From sequence record KT919973.1: a stretch of DNA of 64,000 nt; one strand, written 5' to 3'. How positions within the stretch are numbered: the stretch's first letter is position 1; each line of letters begins with the position of its first letter. Below, piece after piece: positions 47,253 through 56,760 of the stretch. The position numbers and the translations under genes are program-made. Below the pieces are notes generated by a model that saw only the letters and a list, made by a program, of their open reading frames with translations, did no database searches and was not told the DNA's origin.

Positions 47253-47965
47253 TTTTTAAAAATAACATTGGATGGTACGCAGGGGCTGGTTCTGTACGTC
47301 ATGATTTCTACATCAACGGTGCGATTGAAGAGCCGAATGATTATGAAGAAATGCTTCAAATTCTGCATACGGCGTCCGAAACAGACGTGATTTACTTGCA
47401 CTTGAATACGCCTGGTGGCAACTTCTATGCTGCATGTCAAATCTGTGATGCAATTATGCAATCTAAAGCAGGTGCAGTCATCGCGTGCGCAGAGGGTGAA
47501 GTGTGCAGCGCAGGTACAATGATTTTCTTAGCTTGTAATGGTTGGCACGTATCCCCATTTGCAACGTTCATGTTCCATACATCGAGCGGCGGTCAAATCG
47601 GTAAAATGCCAGACACGTTGAAACAAGCTAAATCTCACGAAGAGCATTTAAACCGCGTATGTGGTCTTCTTTATGAACCGTTCTTTGATGCTGACGAGAT
47701 CGACGAAATCATCAACCATAACCAAGACTTGTGGCTGACGCCAGAAGAGGTTACAGAACGTCTTCAAGAAATGTCGAAGAAGTTCGAAGATGAAATGAAA
47801 GAAGCTGAAGCTCAACTTGCAGGTGATATCGAATCTCAACTTGAAGAGCAGATTCAAGAGCGCGTAGCTGAAGAGCTTCGCAAACTAAAGGTCGACCCTG
47901 AAGATGAAGAAGTTGAAGATGAGCCCGCAAAGCCAAAACGCAAGCGTGCTGCAAAGAAAGCTTAA
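47249..47965 (+). CDS. ClpP-like serine protease subunit
   Basis: LHLNTPGG, CSAGTMIF (Ser), FMFH (His), DLWLTPEE; acidic coiled-coil and basic tail. Confidence 0.82.
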   Translation: MIFKNNIGWYAGAGSVRHDFYINGAIEEPNDYEEMLQILHTASETDVIYLHLNTPGGNFYAACQICDAIMQSKAGAVIACAEGEVCSAGTMIFLACNGWHVSPFATFMFHTSSGGQIGKMPDTLKQAKSHEEHLNRVCGLLYEPFFDADEIDEIINHNQDLWLTPEEVTERLQEMSKKFEDEMKEAEAQLAGDIESQLEEQIQERVAEELRKLKVDPEDEEVEDEPAKPKRKRAAKKA

Positions 47966-47985
47966 TTTAATCTCAGTTGTAATTT

Positions 47986-48011
47986 AAGGGGTAGCATTTT
48001 GCTGCTCCTTT
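47986..48011 (+). terminator. Terminator-like hairpin before uvsX
   Basis: AAGGGGTAGCA-TTT-TGCTGCTCCTT with G-U pairs. Confidence 0.55.
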
Positions 48012-48031
48012 CTTAGTTAGAAGGTAAAATA

Positions 48032-49132
48032 ATGTCAGATTTAATGAAATCGTTGAAAAAATCAAGCACATCTGGTTACGCACAAGTGTTATCAGAAAGT
48101 CAGTTTATGTTCGAAAAAGATCATACACGTACTTACGTGCCTGCGATTAACATTGCTTTTAGTGGTGAAGTAGATGGTGGTTTAACTTCTGGGTTGACAG
48201 TACTAGCGGGACCGTCAAAGCACTTTAAATCGAACTTGGGTCTAGTTGGCGTAGCTGCTTACTTGAAGAAATACCCTGAGGCAATTTGTGTATTCATTGA
48301 TACAGAATTCGGTATCACACCGTCTTATTTGCGCTCACAAGGTGTTGACCCAGACCGTGTTCTTCATATACAATGTGAGAGCGTTGAGCGTATGAAATTC
48401 GAAATGGCGAATCAGCTTAAAGACCTTGCAGAACGTAAGCGAGCTAAGAAAGCAGGTGACGAACCAGACCGCGTAATTTTCTTTATTGACTCGGTAGGTA
48501 ACGTTGCTTCTGCAAAAGAAATCGATGACGCGCAAAACGAAAAGTCAGTTGCTGATATGTCTCGTGCGAAACAATTGAAATCATTGTTCCGTATCATCAC
48601 ACCATATTTCACAATGCTCGATATTCCTTGTATCGCGATCAACCACACGTATCAAACTCAAGAAATGTACTCTAAAACTGTCATGTCTGGTGGTACGGGT
48701 ATCATGTACTCTGCTGATACGGTAATCATTCTCGGTAAACAGCAAGAAAAAGACGGCAAAGAGATTGTCGGCTATCACTTCATTATGAATATCGAGAAAT
48801 CACGTTTCGTGAAAGAGAAGATGAAAGTTCCGTTGACAGTTACATACGAAAACGGTATCGATATGTTCTCTGGTCTACTTGATATTGCACTTCAAACCGG
48901 TCATGTTGTTAAACCATCTAATGGTTGGTATCAACGTGCAACTGTTGATGAAGAAACTGGCGAAATGATCGTCGAAGAAAAGAAATATCGAGCGAAAGAA
49001 ACACAAACGCTTTCTTTCTGGAAAGACATCATCAATTCACCGACTTTCAAAGAAGGCGTAAAACGACTTTACTGCTTAGGTCAGTTAGACGAGTCTGAAT
49101 TGAATGATGAAATCGATAGCTTATTCGATTAA
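48032..49132 (+). CDS. uvsX: RecA-like recombinase UvsX
   Basis: LAGPSKHFKS, FIDTEFG, FIDSVGNVAS, DMSRAKQLKSLFR, NHTYQTQEMYSK, MSGGTG. Confidence 0.97.
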   Translation: MSDLMKSLKKSSTSGYAQVLSESQFMFEKDHTRTYVPAINIAFSGEVDGGLTSGLTVLAGPSKHFKSNLGLVGVAAYLKKYPEAICVFIDTEFGITPSYLRSQGVDPDRVLHIQCESVERMKFEMANQLKDLAERKRAKKAGDEPDRVIFFIDSVGNVASAKEIDDAQNEKSVADMSRAKQLKSLFRIITPYFTMLDIPCIAINHTYQTQEMYSKTVMSGGTGIMYSADTVIILGKQQEKDGKEIVGYHFIMNIEKSRFVKEKMKVPLTVTYENGIDMFSGLLDIALQTGHVVKPSNGWYQRATVDEETGEMIVEEKKYRAKETQTLSFWKDIINSPTFKEGVKRLYCLGQLDESELNDEIDSLFD

Positions 49133-49139
49133 CGATACT

Positions 49140-49164
49140 GGCCCGCTTAATTGCGGGTCTTTTT
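49140..49164 (+). terminator. Terminator after uvsX
   Basis: GGCCCGC-TTAATT-GCGGGTC then TTTTT. Confidence 0.75.
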
Positions 49165-49186
49165 CACCTTAGACGGGACGAATCGT

Positions 49187-49489
49187 ATGACTCCGAACCA
49201 AGTAACAGAAATGCTAACCGAGCTTCAAGAGCGCGTGAAATTTAGTATAATGATTGACGATATTGAAGTTTATATTACTGACATTCTAGTAGATAATAGC
49301 GGCAGACTCAAAATTGAATTTGTAACTCAACATCCAGACAAAGAAGAACAAATTCGTCCGCATGTTGAGGCGTGTATTATGAAACTTATTCGTGAAGAAC
49401 AGAACAAGAATGGGGTAAAAGAACAATGCAAATCGAGAAGTCGATTTTCTCAAATCTTATCGAAAATCAAGAGTACTTTGCTACCGTAA
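49187..49489 (+). CDS. 40: Head vertex assembly chaperone gp40
   Basis: IEVYITDI...IEF...RPHVEACI motif; sits between uvsX and 41; ATG 49187 lies past the terminator. Confidence 0.8.
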   Translation: MTPNQVTEMLTELQERVKFSIMIDDIEVYITDILVDNSGRLKIEFVTQHPDKEEQIRPHVEACIMKLIREEQNKNGVKEQCKSRSRFSQILSKIKSTLLP

Positions 49490-50826
49490 TCCCTCACTTG
49501 AAAAAAGAATACTTTCAGTCAACTGCTCATCAGCATATCTTTATGATGATTAAGAACCACGCAGACGAGTACAAACGTCGTGCGACACCTGAAGTTTTGA
49601 AAGTATGTCTTGAGTCATTGACAGGGATTAGTGAATACGACTATGCAGAGATACAACAAACAATAAATGAACTAGAACCTCACCCGAGTCACGACCTGAG
49701 ATGGTTGATTGACACGACTGAACAGTTCTGTATCGAACAGAGCGTTTTTAACGCGCTTAGTGAATCACTTGCTATTCAAGAGAATGCAGCTAAACCACTT
49801 GATCAACAAAACAAACGAATGAAAACGCTTGGTGCGATTCCCGATTTGATGCGTGATGCATTGAACGTTTGTTTTGACACATCAGTTGGTCATGATTATT
49901 TTGCAGATTGGGAACCTCGATACAAATCGTATATCGAGAAAGCAGCAAAAATCCCATTCAAAATGAACATTTTAAACAAGATCACTCAAGGTGGTGTTGA
50001 AAGAAGTACTCTGAACCTACTTCTAGCGGGTTCTAACGTGGGTAAATCACTTGCGTTGTGTCATTTAGCAACTGAGTATCTTCTACAAGGCTACAACGTT
50101 CTATACATCAGTATGGAAATGAGTGAAGCGGCAGTGTCGAAGCGTATTGATGCCAACTTAATGGACATCAGTATGGACGATTTCGATACTATTACTGAAA
50201 AAACATACGGCACTAAGATTCAGAATCTTGAGAAGAAAACTCAAGGTAAATTATTCATTAAACAGTTCCCGACTGCGGGCGCGAATGTAACTCACTTCAA
50301 TACGTTGATGAATGAGCTTCGCACCAAGAAAGACGTAATCCCAGACATTGTGATTGTCGATTATCTTGGTATCTGTGCAAGTTCACGTGTTGCAAGTTCA
50401 GAAAATACATACGTTCACGTTAAAGCTATTGCTGAAGAAATTCGTGGTTTTGCTGTTGAACATAACGTTGCTGTTTGGTCTGCTGCTCAGACTACACGTA
50501 ACGCATGGGATGCAAGTGACATGGGAATGGGTGATATTGCTGAATCGGCTGGTCTTGCTCATACTGCTGACTTGATTCTCGGTATTATGGAAACTGAAGA
50601 AACTGTCGCGCTCGGGCAACAACGAGTGAAACAGATTAAGTCTCGTTATGCTGACCGTAACCAAGACCAGACATTTATGATTGCTGTTAACAAAGGTAAA
50701 CAACGTTGGGGTGATGTAGATGGTACTGCGAGTTATACGGCGCCTGCTCAATCTCAAACGCAATCGGCGACTCCTTTCGCGCAGAAGAAAGAACAGACGC
50801 AGAAAGCAGAGGCGGTAAATTGGTAG
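49426..50826 (+). CDS. 41: Replicative DNA helicase gp41
   Basis: LAGSNVGKSL, LYISMEM, IVDYLGI, WSAAQT, DIAESAGLAHTAD, QIKSRYAD. Confidence 0.97.
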   Translation: MQIEKSIFSNLIENQEYFATVIPHLKKEYFQSTAHQHIFMMIKNHADEYKRRATPEVLKVCLESLTGISEYDYAEIQQTINELEPHPSHDLRWLIDTTEQFCIEQSVFNALSESLAIQENAAKPLDQQNKRMKTLGAIPDLMRDALNVCFDTSVGHDYFADWEPRYKSYIEKAAKIPFKMNILNKITQGGVERSTLNLLLAGSNVGKSLALCHLATEYLLQGYNVLYISMEMSEAAVSKRIDANLMDISMDDFDTITEKTYGTKIQNLEKKTQGKLFIKQFPTAGANVTHFNTLMNELRTKKDVIPDIVIVDYLGICASSRVASSENTYVHVKAIAEEIRGFAVEHNVAVWSAAQTTRNAWDASDMGMGDIAESAGLAHTADLILGIMETEETVALGQQRVKQIKSRYADRNQDQTFMIAVNKGKQRWGDVDGTASYTAPAQSQTQSATPFAQKKEQTQKAEAVNW

Positions 50827-51065
50827 AGATTATCGGGTCAAAATATTGTTTAGCTTGTCGCAAGTTGTGCGACTCGCTAAATGATAGAAACATTAAACAT
50901 ATTTTTTATGACGCATTTGTTCCTAGTGAACGCTATAAAGAGCTTCAGAAAATCGCTGAAGATGATGGTTATATTGCCCACCCAATAGCGTTTTACAATG
51001 GCGAATGTCTAGGCGAGGGTGTGAGCGTCTTATCTCGCATCGACAAATTGTTAGAAGAGGAATGA
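50820..51065 (+). CDS. Glutaredoxin / NrdH-like redoxin
   Basis: CLAC (CxxC) near the N-terminus, P.AF.NGE.LG; immediately upstream of nrdD. Confidence 0.65.
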   Translation: MVEIIGSKYCLACRKLCDSLNDRNIKHIFYDAFVPSERYKELQKIAEDDGYIAHPIAFYNGECLGEGVSVLSRIDKLLEEE

Positions 51066-52901
51066 ATGAAACACGACATTTTAGACATTGTTAGCGGTTC
51101 GGGTAACAACAAAGAGAATGCAAATAAAGATTCGAAAGTAATCCCTACAATGCGTGACTTAGTAGCTGGCACAGTGTCGAAACATTACGCACTTGAAGAC
51201 TATCTACCGAAGCATATTGCAGATGCACATATCGACGGCGATATTCATTTTCATGACCTTGACTACAGCCCATTATTCCCGCAATTCAACTGTATGCTTA
51301 TTGATATCAAAGGCATGTTTGAAGGCGGTTTCAAAATGGGTAATGCTGAAATCGAAGAACCAAACAGTATTAGCACTGCTGCCACTGTTGTAACTCAGAT
51401 TATTCAGCAAGTAAGTAGCCATATCTACGGCGGTAACACGATCAATAGAATCGACGAAGTCCTAGCACCTTATGTTCGTAAGTCATATTATAAATGGCTC
51501 GAAGTAGGTCGCGAAGAACATCCCGACTCTGATTCTAAAGCTGCTATCTTTGCACGAAAGCGTGTTGAAAAGGAAACGTTCGATGCATTCCAGACGTTTG
51601 AATATCAAGTCAATACGATGCAGACTTCAAACGGTCAGACACCATTCACGACAATCAACTTCGGGTTAGGTACGTCGTGGGAAGAAAAACTTATTCAAAA
51701 AAGTATTCTTCAGAATCGTATTGCAGGTCTAGGTAAGACTAAGAAAACTGCTATTTTCCCTAAGCTTGTTTTCACATTGAGAGACGGCGTGAACCTAAAA
51801 GAAGGCGACCCGTGCTACGGCATCAAAAAGTTAGCTCTTGAATGTGCAAGTAAGCGTATGTACCCAGACATTTTGAACTATGACAAACTAGTTGAAACGA
51901 CTGGTGGGTTTAAGTCTCCAATGGGCTGTCGCTCATTCTTGGGTGACTGGAAGAACGAAGATGGTGAAACGGTATTCGATGGTCGTAATAACTTAGGCGT
52001 CGTCTCAATCAATATCCCGCGTATTGCTATTGAAGCATCGGGTGATACTGAACGCTTCTTCGAGATCTTACACGAGCGTTGTACACTAGCTTACGAAGCA
52101 TTGATGTTGCGTATTAAGCGTTTTGATGATGTAACTGCATCAGTTGCTCCGATTCTATACTGTGAAGGTGCAATGGGCGTGCGCTTGAAGCCAACTGATA
52201 AAGTCAGTGAAGTTTTCAAACACGGTCGTTCAAGTATCTCGCTTGGTTATATCGGGTTACACGAAGCAGTAACGTTGCTTTCGCCAGATAAAGACATGCA
52301 TACGTTTGAGTCACAGCACAAACAATTCCTCGCTGAAAAGATTGTGGAAACTCTTAGAGCGTACACCGATGCATGGAAAGAACTGACGGGCTACGGTTTC
52401 AGTCTGTACAGTACACCAAGTGAATCGCTGTGTGATCGTTTCTGTCGTCTCGACCAAGAGAAATACGGTGTCATTACAGGTATCAATGACAAAGACTATT
52501 ACACAAACTCGTTTCACTTAGACGTGTTCAAGAAAGTTAACCCATTTGAGAAAATTGATTTTGAAGCTGCATACCCAATTCATGCAAACGGTGGTTTCAT
52601 CTGTTATGCTGAGTTCCCGAATATGCGAGATAACATCAAAGGTCTAGAGCGCGTATGGGATTATGCTTACACTAAAGTAGCTTACTTCGGTACGAATACC
52701 CCGATTGATCAGTGTACGTGTGGTTGGTCTGGTGAAGCTCATGGTGATTCGCTGGGTTATTCTTGTCCTGTTTGTGGTGAACGCGACCCTGAAAAGCTCA
52801 ATGTAACGAGACGTGTCTGCGGTTATCTCGGTAACCCGGGTGCTCGTGGTTGGAATCACGGCAAGACTGTCGAAATGCAAAATCGAGTTAAACACTGTTA
52901 A
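51066..52901 (+). CDS. nrdD: Anaerobic ribonucleotide reductase large subunit
   Basis: ENANKDS, HFHDLDY, NCMLID, SNGQTPF, MGCRSFL, YSTPSESLC, YTNSFH, RRVCGYL glycyl-radical motif; no intron. Confidence 0.97.
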   Translation: MKHDILDIVSGSGNNKENANKDSKVIPTMRDLVAGTVSKHYALEDYLPKHIADAHIDGDIHFHDLDYSPLFPQFNCMLIDIKGMFEGGFKMGNAEIEEPNSISTAATVVTQIIQQVSSHIYGGNTINRIDEVLAPYVRKSYYKWLEVGREEHPDSDSKAAIFARKRVEKETFDAFQTFEYQVNTMQTSNGQTPFTTINFGLGTSWEEKLIQKSILQNRIAGLGKTKKTAIFPKLVFTLRDGVNLKEGDPCYGIKKLALECASKRMYPDILNYDKLVETTGGFKSPMGCRSFLGDWKNEDGETVFDGRNNLGVVSINIPRIAIEASGDTERFFEILHERCTLAYEALMLRIKRFDDVTASVAPILYCEGAMGVRLKPTDKVSEVFKHGRSSISLGYIGLHEAVTLLSPDKDMHTFESQHKQFLAEKIVETLRAYTDAWKELTGYGFSLYSTPSESLCDRFCRLDQEKYGVITGINDKDYYTNSFHLDVFKKVNPFEKIDFEAAYPIHANGGFICYAEFPNMRDNIKGLERVWDYAYTKVAYFGTNTPIDQCTCGWSGEAHGDSLGYSCPVCGERDPEKLNVTRRVCGYLGNPGARGWNHGKTVEMQNRVKHC

Positions 52902-52902
52902 G

Positions 52903-52926
52903 AAAGCGCCTTCGGGCGCTTTTTTT
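52903..52926 (+). terminator. Terminator after nrdD
   Basis: AAAGCGCC-TTCG-GGCGCTTTTTTT. Confidence 0.9.
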
Positions 52927-52948
52927 GTTTTTTTGACGAAGAAAAAGG

Positions 52949-52977
52949 TTGCAACACGAATCATAAGTGCGTAATAT
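52949..52977 (+). promoter_or_regulatory. Early sigma70-type promoter
   Basis: ggTTGCAA-N17-TAATAT; leader ends GAGAGAAACATT-ATG. Confidence 0.7.
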
Positions 52978-53020
52978 TAACTTCATCGAGACGACATCGA
53001 CTAACAGAGAGAGAAACATT

Positions 53021-53437
53021 ATGCTATACATCAACTTGACAACTTGCAGCGTTATCGACGAACACTCAGTAGCTGAACAGTGGCGCCAAGAGGGTCACAC
53101 TGTTGAATCTCGTAGAGATTGGAAAACATTAGAGCGAGTTACTGAAGTCTGCAACATGCTCGACCAAGATCTATACATGGTTGTGGACGCAGGTTCAGGT
53201 TGCTTGCCGCGCTTTGACATTATCAAAAAGCCACGTGTAGGTGATTCAGTTAGCTATTGTTTCAATGGTGACAGTCATCCCGACGGTGTAATCACGAAGA
53301 TTTCAAAAACAATGAAGATGATCACGACATCAACGGGTGGCAAATACTATCGCCGTAAGTTGTCTGGTCAATGGGTTCGGGGCGGCTGTTGGACGTTAGT
53401 ACATGGTCACACGTCTAAAATAAATTGGGAGTTTTAA
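53021..53437 (+). CDS. Hypothetical protein
   Basis: ATG 53021 with GAGAG SD, downstream of the promoter. Confidence 0.65.
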   Translation: MLYINLTTCSVIDEHSVAEQWRQEGHTVESRRDWKTLERVTEVCNMLDQDLYMVVDAGSGCLPRFDIIKKPRVGDSVSYCFNGDSHPDGVITKISKTMKMITTSTGGKYYRRKLSGQWVRGGCWTLVHGHTSKINWEF

Positions 53438-53438
53438 A

Positions 53439-54041
53439 ATGTTTACGCAAAAAGAACGAAGAATACCTACATACACGCCGACAGCTTTAGAAATTGGTAA
53501 AGATGTTAGAGTATACGTCGAACCTATGAGTAGTAGCAGCTTGAGTTTAAGTGCGAGTGATACTATAGATGCTCGATTTATATATCAAGACGAAACTGGC
53601 GACTGTGTTTTGTATGATTATATGAGTTCTTTGACGTTTATTGTTCAAGGCAGTCGAGTCAGCGATAATTCTAGCTTTGGTATCATTTCACGTTTTGAAG
53701 AACGAGAAACGTTTCAAGAATTGTTTAATCACGACGGTGTGCTGTCATACAATAAAGAAACGATTGAAACGAAGATGGAATATGTTCGTATCAACGAAGG
53801 TGACACGATTGACGTATACTTGAACTGTCAATTCGAGCCGAGACAAGAAGAAGCAACAGTTGTGTTTTGTAATGATGATTTCATCACAGTTGTTGCAGAT
53901 GATGTACCGTTTACATTTTCTCGACGCGAAGCTATGAACAAAAATATTGTTCATGTATCGAATGATGGTATCAAAAAATCTTGTCGCCTCAATATTGATG
54001 TTTTTGCGGGATGGCAGGTAAGTGAAGTATCAGAAGATTAA
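53439..54041 (+). CDS. Hypothetical protein (200 aa)
   Basis: Tightly packed ORF with GGGAG SD. Confidence 0.6.
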   Translation: MFTQKERRIPTYTPTALEIGKDVRVYVEPMSSSSLSLSASDTIDARFIYQDETGDCVLYDYMSSLTFIVQGSRVSDNSSFGIISRFEERETFQELFNHDGVLSYNKETIETKMEYVRINEGDTIDVYLNCQFEPRQEEATVVFCNDDFITVVADDVPFTFSRREAMNKNIVHVSNDGIKKSCRLNIDVFAGWQVSEVSED

Positions 54042-54498
54042 CGAATTTGATTTTGCAAACGGCGAAGGTGTTCGATTGAGCATCTTCGTTTCTGGTTGTG
54101 AGCATCGCTGTAAGGGCTGCTACAACGAATCTACGTGGGACTCGAACGATGGTATCGATTTCACTGAAGAAACGCTTAGAGACGTTTTGACGAGCTTAGA
54201 GCAGCACGATGGGCTGAGTCTTTCAGGAGGTGACCCGTTGCACCCGAGCAATCGCGACGAAATATTGCGTATTTGTAAATCAGTGAAAGAGCGATATCCC
54301 GATAAAGACATTTGGTTGTGGAGCGGTTACAAATTATCTCATGTTTATCATTTAGAGATAATGAATTATATTGATGTTTTCATTGACGGACGATACAAGA
54401 GACATCAACCAACGCAGAAAGCGTGGCGCGGCTCTGATAATCAAATCTTGTACGTTCGGGTAAATGATGAAATGGTTATTGATAAAGAGAGAAATTAA
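54022..54498 (+). CDS. nrdG: Anaerobic RNR activase (radical SAM)
   Basis: ANGEGVR..IFVSGCEHRCKGCYN (CxxxCxxC), LSGGDPL, DVFIDGRY, RGSDNQ. Confidence 0.96.
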   Translation: MKYQKINEFDFANGEGVRLSIFVSGCEHRCKGCYNESTWDSNDGIDFTEETLRDVLTSLEQHDGLSLSGGDPLHPSNRDEILRICKSVKERYPDKDIWLWSGYKLSHVYHLEIMNYIDVFIDGRYKRHQPTQKAWRGSDNQILYVRVNDEMVIDKERN

Positions 54499-55022
54499 TG
54501 AGTTGTGTTTGGATTACAAGTGATCTGCATTTAGGTCACAAAAATATTGGTAAGTTTCGGGATGACATTGAAGACACTCAAGCGAATACCGACTGGATTG
54601 TTGACTTCTGGTTGAAGAACGTTCGCAAGCGTGACACTGTGATTATGCTTGGTGATACTGCATTTACTGAAGAAGCTGTTGGAATTCTTGCTGGTTTACC
54701 GGGTCGTAAAGTACAATATGGCGGGAATCATGACGATCTTCCTGTTTCAAGCTACATGCGTGCGTTTGACGTGATTCGCGGTTGTGAAAAGTACAAAAAG
54801 TTGGGTTGGTTGAGTCATTTTCCATTACACCCCGATGAACTGCGTGGTCATTTCAGCATTCACGGGCACGTGCATTACGCAACGATTGATGACTATCGTT
54901 ACGTGAACGTTTGTTGTGATAACTTGCAGCGTAACATCGGTCAGCCGATGATTCGTTTAACTGATCTGCGACAACTTCTTGACAAACGTCGTGAGTCCAA
55001 AGAGGTAAGTTACGACTTCTAA
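54498..55022 (+). CDS. Calcineurin-like metallophosphoesterase
   Basis: SDLHLGH, LGD, GNHD, HGHVH motifs. Confidence 0.85.
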   Translation: MSCVWITSDLHLGHKNIGKFRDDIEDTQANTDWIVDFWLKNVRKRDTVIMLGDTAFTEEAVGILAGLPGRKVQYGGNHDDLPVSSYMRAFDVIRGCEKYKKLGWLSHFPLHPDELRGHFSIHGHVHYATIDDYRYVNVCCDNLQRNIGQPMIRLTDLRQLLDKRRESKEVSYDF

Positions 55023-55045
55023 GTGGTAGTCTATCTGCATGAACA

Positions 55046-55053
55046 TCTAAATA
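55046..55053 (+). promoter_or_regulatory. Late promoter variant
   Basis: TCTAAATA in the intergenic gap before 55087. Confidence 0.6.
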
Positions 55054-55086
55054 CTGGTATGGTATTAAAGATGGTGTTCATGCACT

Positions 55087-55932
55087 ATGATAGATGTTTT
55101 GTTAAGATATGACGCGAGAATTATCAATAGCCGAAAGATCGTTATCTACACAGATGAAAATCGACTTGGTCTAATTGTTAAACTTGCGAAAGAGCTTGAC
55201 GGGACGTACAAGAAGTGCGACCCAGGCAGTTCAATTGGTTGTATACAGATGGAAAAATGCAGAGTATACGTCAAACCAACATCTAATCCGGGCATCGAGA
55301 ATGAACGCAATTTCTATAATATTGTAAAGCAACACATTGATTCTGGCTGTACTCGGATTAAAATTGGTCGACGAGTAATAAAAGGTGTTCAGTCGATTGA
55401 AATGACTGGTCACGACACAAAAAACAACAAAAAAGCCGATATGGTATTGAAGACCGTAAGCGGCGATTTTCCGATTTCGATTAAAAAATCAAATGCCGAG
55501 CGTTGGGCTAGTACTGACGTTATTCACGGCACTGAAGCTCGTAAGCTTTTATCACAAATGATAGTCAAGAAAATGGTTACATTATCGGACTATTCTGACG
55601 ATGGTAAAGTGAAGAGACTTAGCCAGCCAATCGCACGCAGACTACGAGACGACGAAATAAATCATGTTGTATTTGGTTCAGACATTCTCAATAACGGTCT
55701 TGTTGTAGTCAATAGCTTTACACTAGATGATTTTGTATTCAAACGCGGTACCTTGCATATTAACGGTGATGTTTTGTTGAACGCGAAAGATATTAAAGAT
55801 ACTGTATATCACCCGTATATGTTGATTAGAAATGATGCATGTCGCCGTTCTAAGGCATTGCCTTATGGTGTACGTGTTGAAGTTGTATTCGAATCAAGAA
55901 TTACTAAAAATACGATTGTTTACGAGGAGTAG
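55087..55932 (+). CDS. Putative PD-(D/E)XK nuclease-fold protein
   Basis: G.ENE ... KADMVL ... ISIKK motif order. Confidence 0.5.
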   Translation: MIDVLLRYDARIINSRKIVIYTDENRLGLIVKLAKELDGTYKKCDPGSSIGCIQMEKCRVYVKPTSNPGIENERNFYNIVKQHIDSGCTRIKIGRRVIKGVQSIEMTGHDTKNNKKADMVLKTVSGDFPISIKKSNAERWASTDVIHGTEARKLLSQMIVKKMVTLSDYSDDGKVKRLSQPIARRLRDDEINHVVFGSDILNNGLVVVNSFTLDDFVFKRGTLHINGDVLLNAKDIKDTVYHPYMLIRNDACRRSKALPYGVRVEVVFESRITKNTIVYEE

Positions 55933-55935
55933 CTA

Positions 55936-56760
55936 ATGGCTATCAAAGATAAATTGGAAGAACTTATTGCGTCGGTTCACCAATGTACTACCAAAGACGG
56001 TGTAGTTGAAATCGAGAAACTATATACGCAAAAGAAAAAAGAACTCGGGGCGAACATCACACCGATGATGGACATTCGTGTTCGAGACGCAATTCGCGGC
56101 AAAATCACCATGTTTGACAAAGAATCTGCTGCTGAAAAAGAAGAAGCAACGATGAAGAAACAACAACAAGAAGCTGAAGCAATTGCAGCTAAACTTGATG
56201 AGGGTCTATTTGTCGTTTCGGAAAAAGATTTCTTCGAACATGAAACCGTTGTGAATGAGTGTGCGATTGACGCTGCGTGTATCATGGACGTGGATTCAAG
56301 CATTCCTTCAGTTGGTCATAAAGAATTGACTAAAACATTATCTGAAGCGTGTGAACACGTTGGTGCTGTTGGTAAAGTGTTTGTACCTGAAGCTCAGAAC
56401 AAGGTTTTATCACTTCAAGAGCGCGTTGAATTATTTGAATCGTTCTCTGATGTCGATGTTGCACCGAAAGGCGTGATGTTTGCTGAAGTAGAGACTATGA
56501 TTCAAAAAGGTATCACTCGCGTGTTTGCATTTGTAGAAGCGAACAAAGTAGCTGAGTATCGCCGTCTAGGTCGTCACTTCCTACGTGTAGGTGGAACACG
56601 ATTCGAGATCGTTGAAGTCAAGAACAAAGTACCATCTAGTACTATTGAAAATCTGATTCGCGAAGATAATCTGCACGAATTCATGCGCAGCGTACCATTA
56701 CCACTTGATGAAGCAGAGAAGATCTTTGATCGTCAACTTGAGCAAATCTTGGGGGCATAA
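55936..56760 (+). CDS. Degenerate cytidylyltransferase-like (HIGH-superfamily) protein
   Basis: PSVGHKEL, LSLQERV, SST.IENLIREDN..EF...VP echo the T4-like-phage cytidylyltransferase pattern; catalytic motifs eroded. Confidence 0.4.
   Translation: MAIKDKLEELIASVHQCTTKDGVVEIEKLYTQKKKELGANITPMMDIRVRDAIRGKITMFDKESAAEKEEATMKKQQQEAEAIAAKLDEGLFVVSEKDFFEHETVVNECAIDAACIMDVDSSIPSVGHKELTKTLSEACEHVGAVGKVFVPEAQNKVLSLQERVELFESFSDVDVAPKGVMFAEVETMIQKGITRVFAFVEANKVAEYRRLGRHFLRVGGTRFEIVEVKNKVPSSTIENLIREDNLHEFMRSVPLPLDEAEKIFDRQLEQILGA

Noticed and set aside
49225-49260. TATAAT inside gene 40 as a promoter for gene 41
   Set aside because: No convincing -35 or GTTTA element at the right spacing
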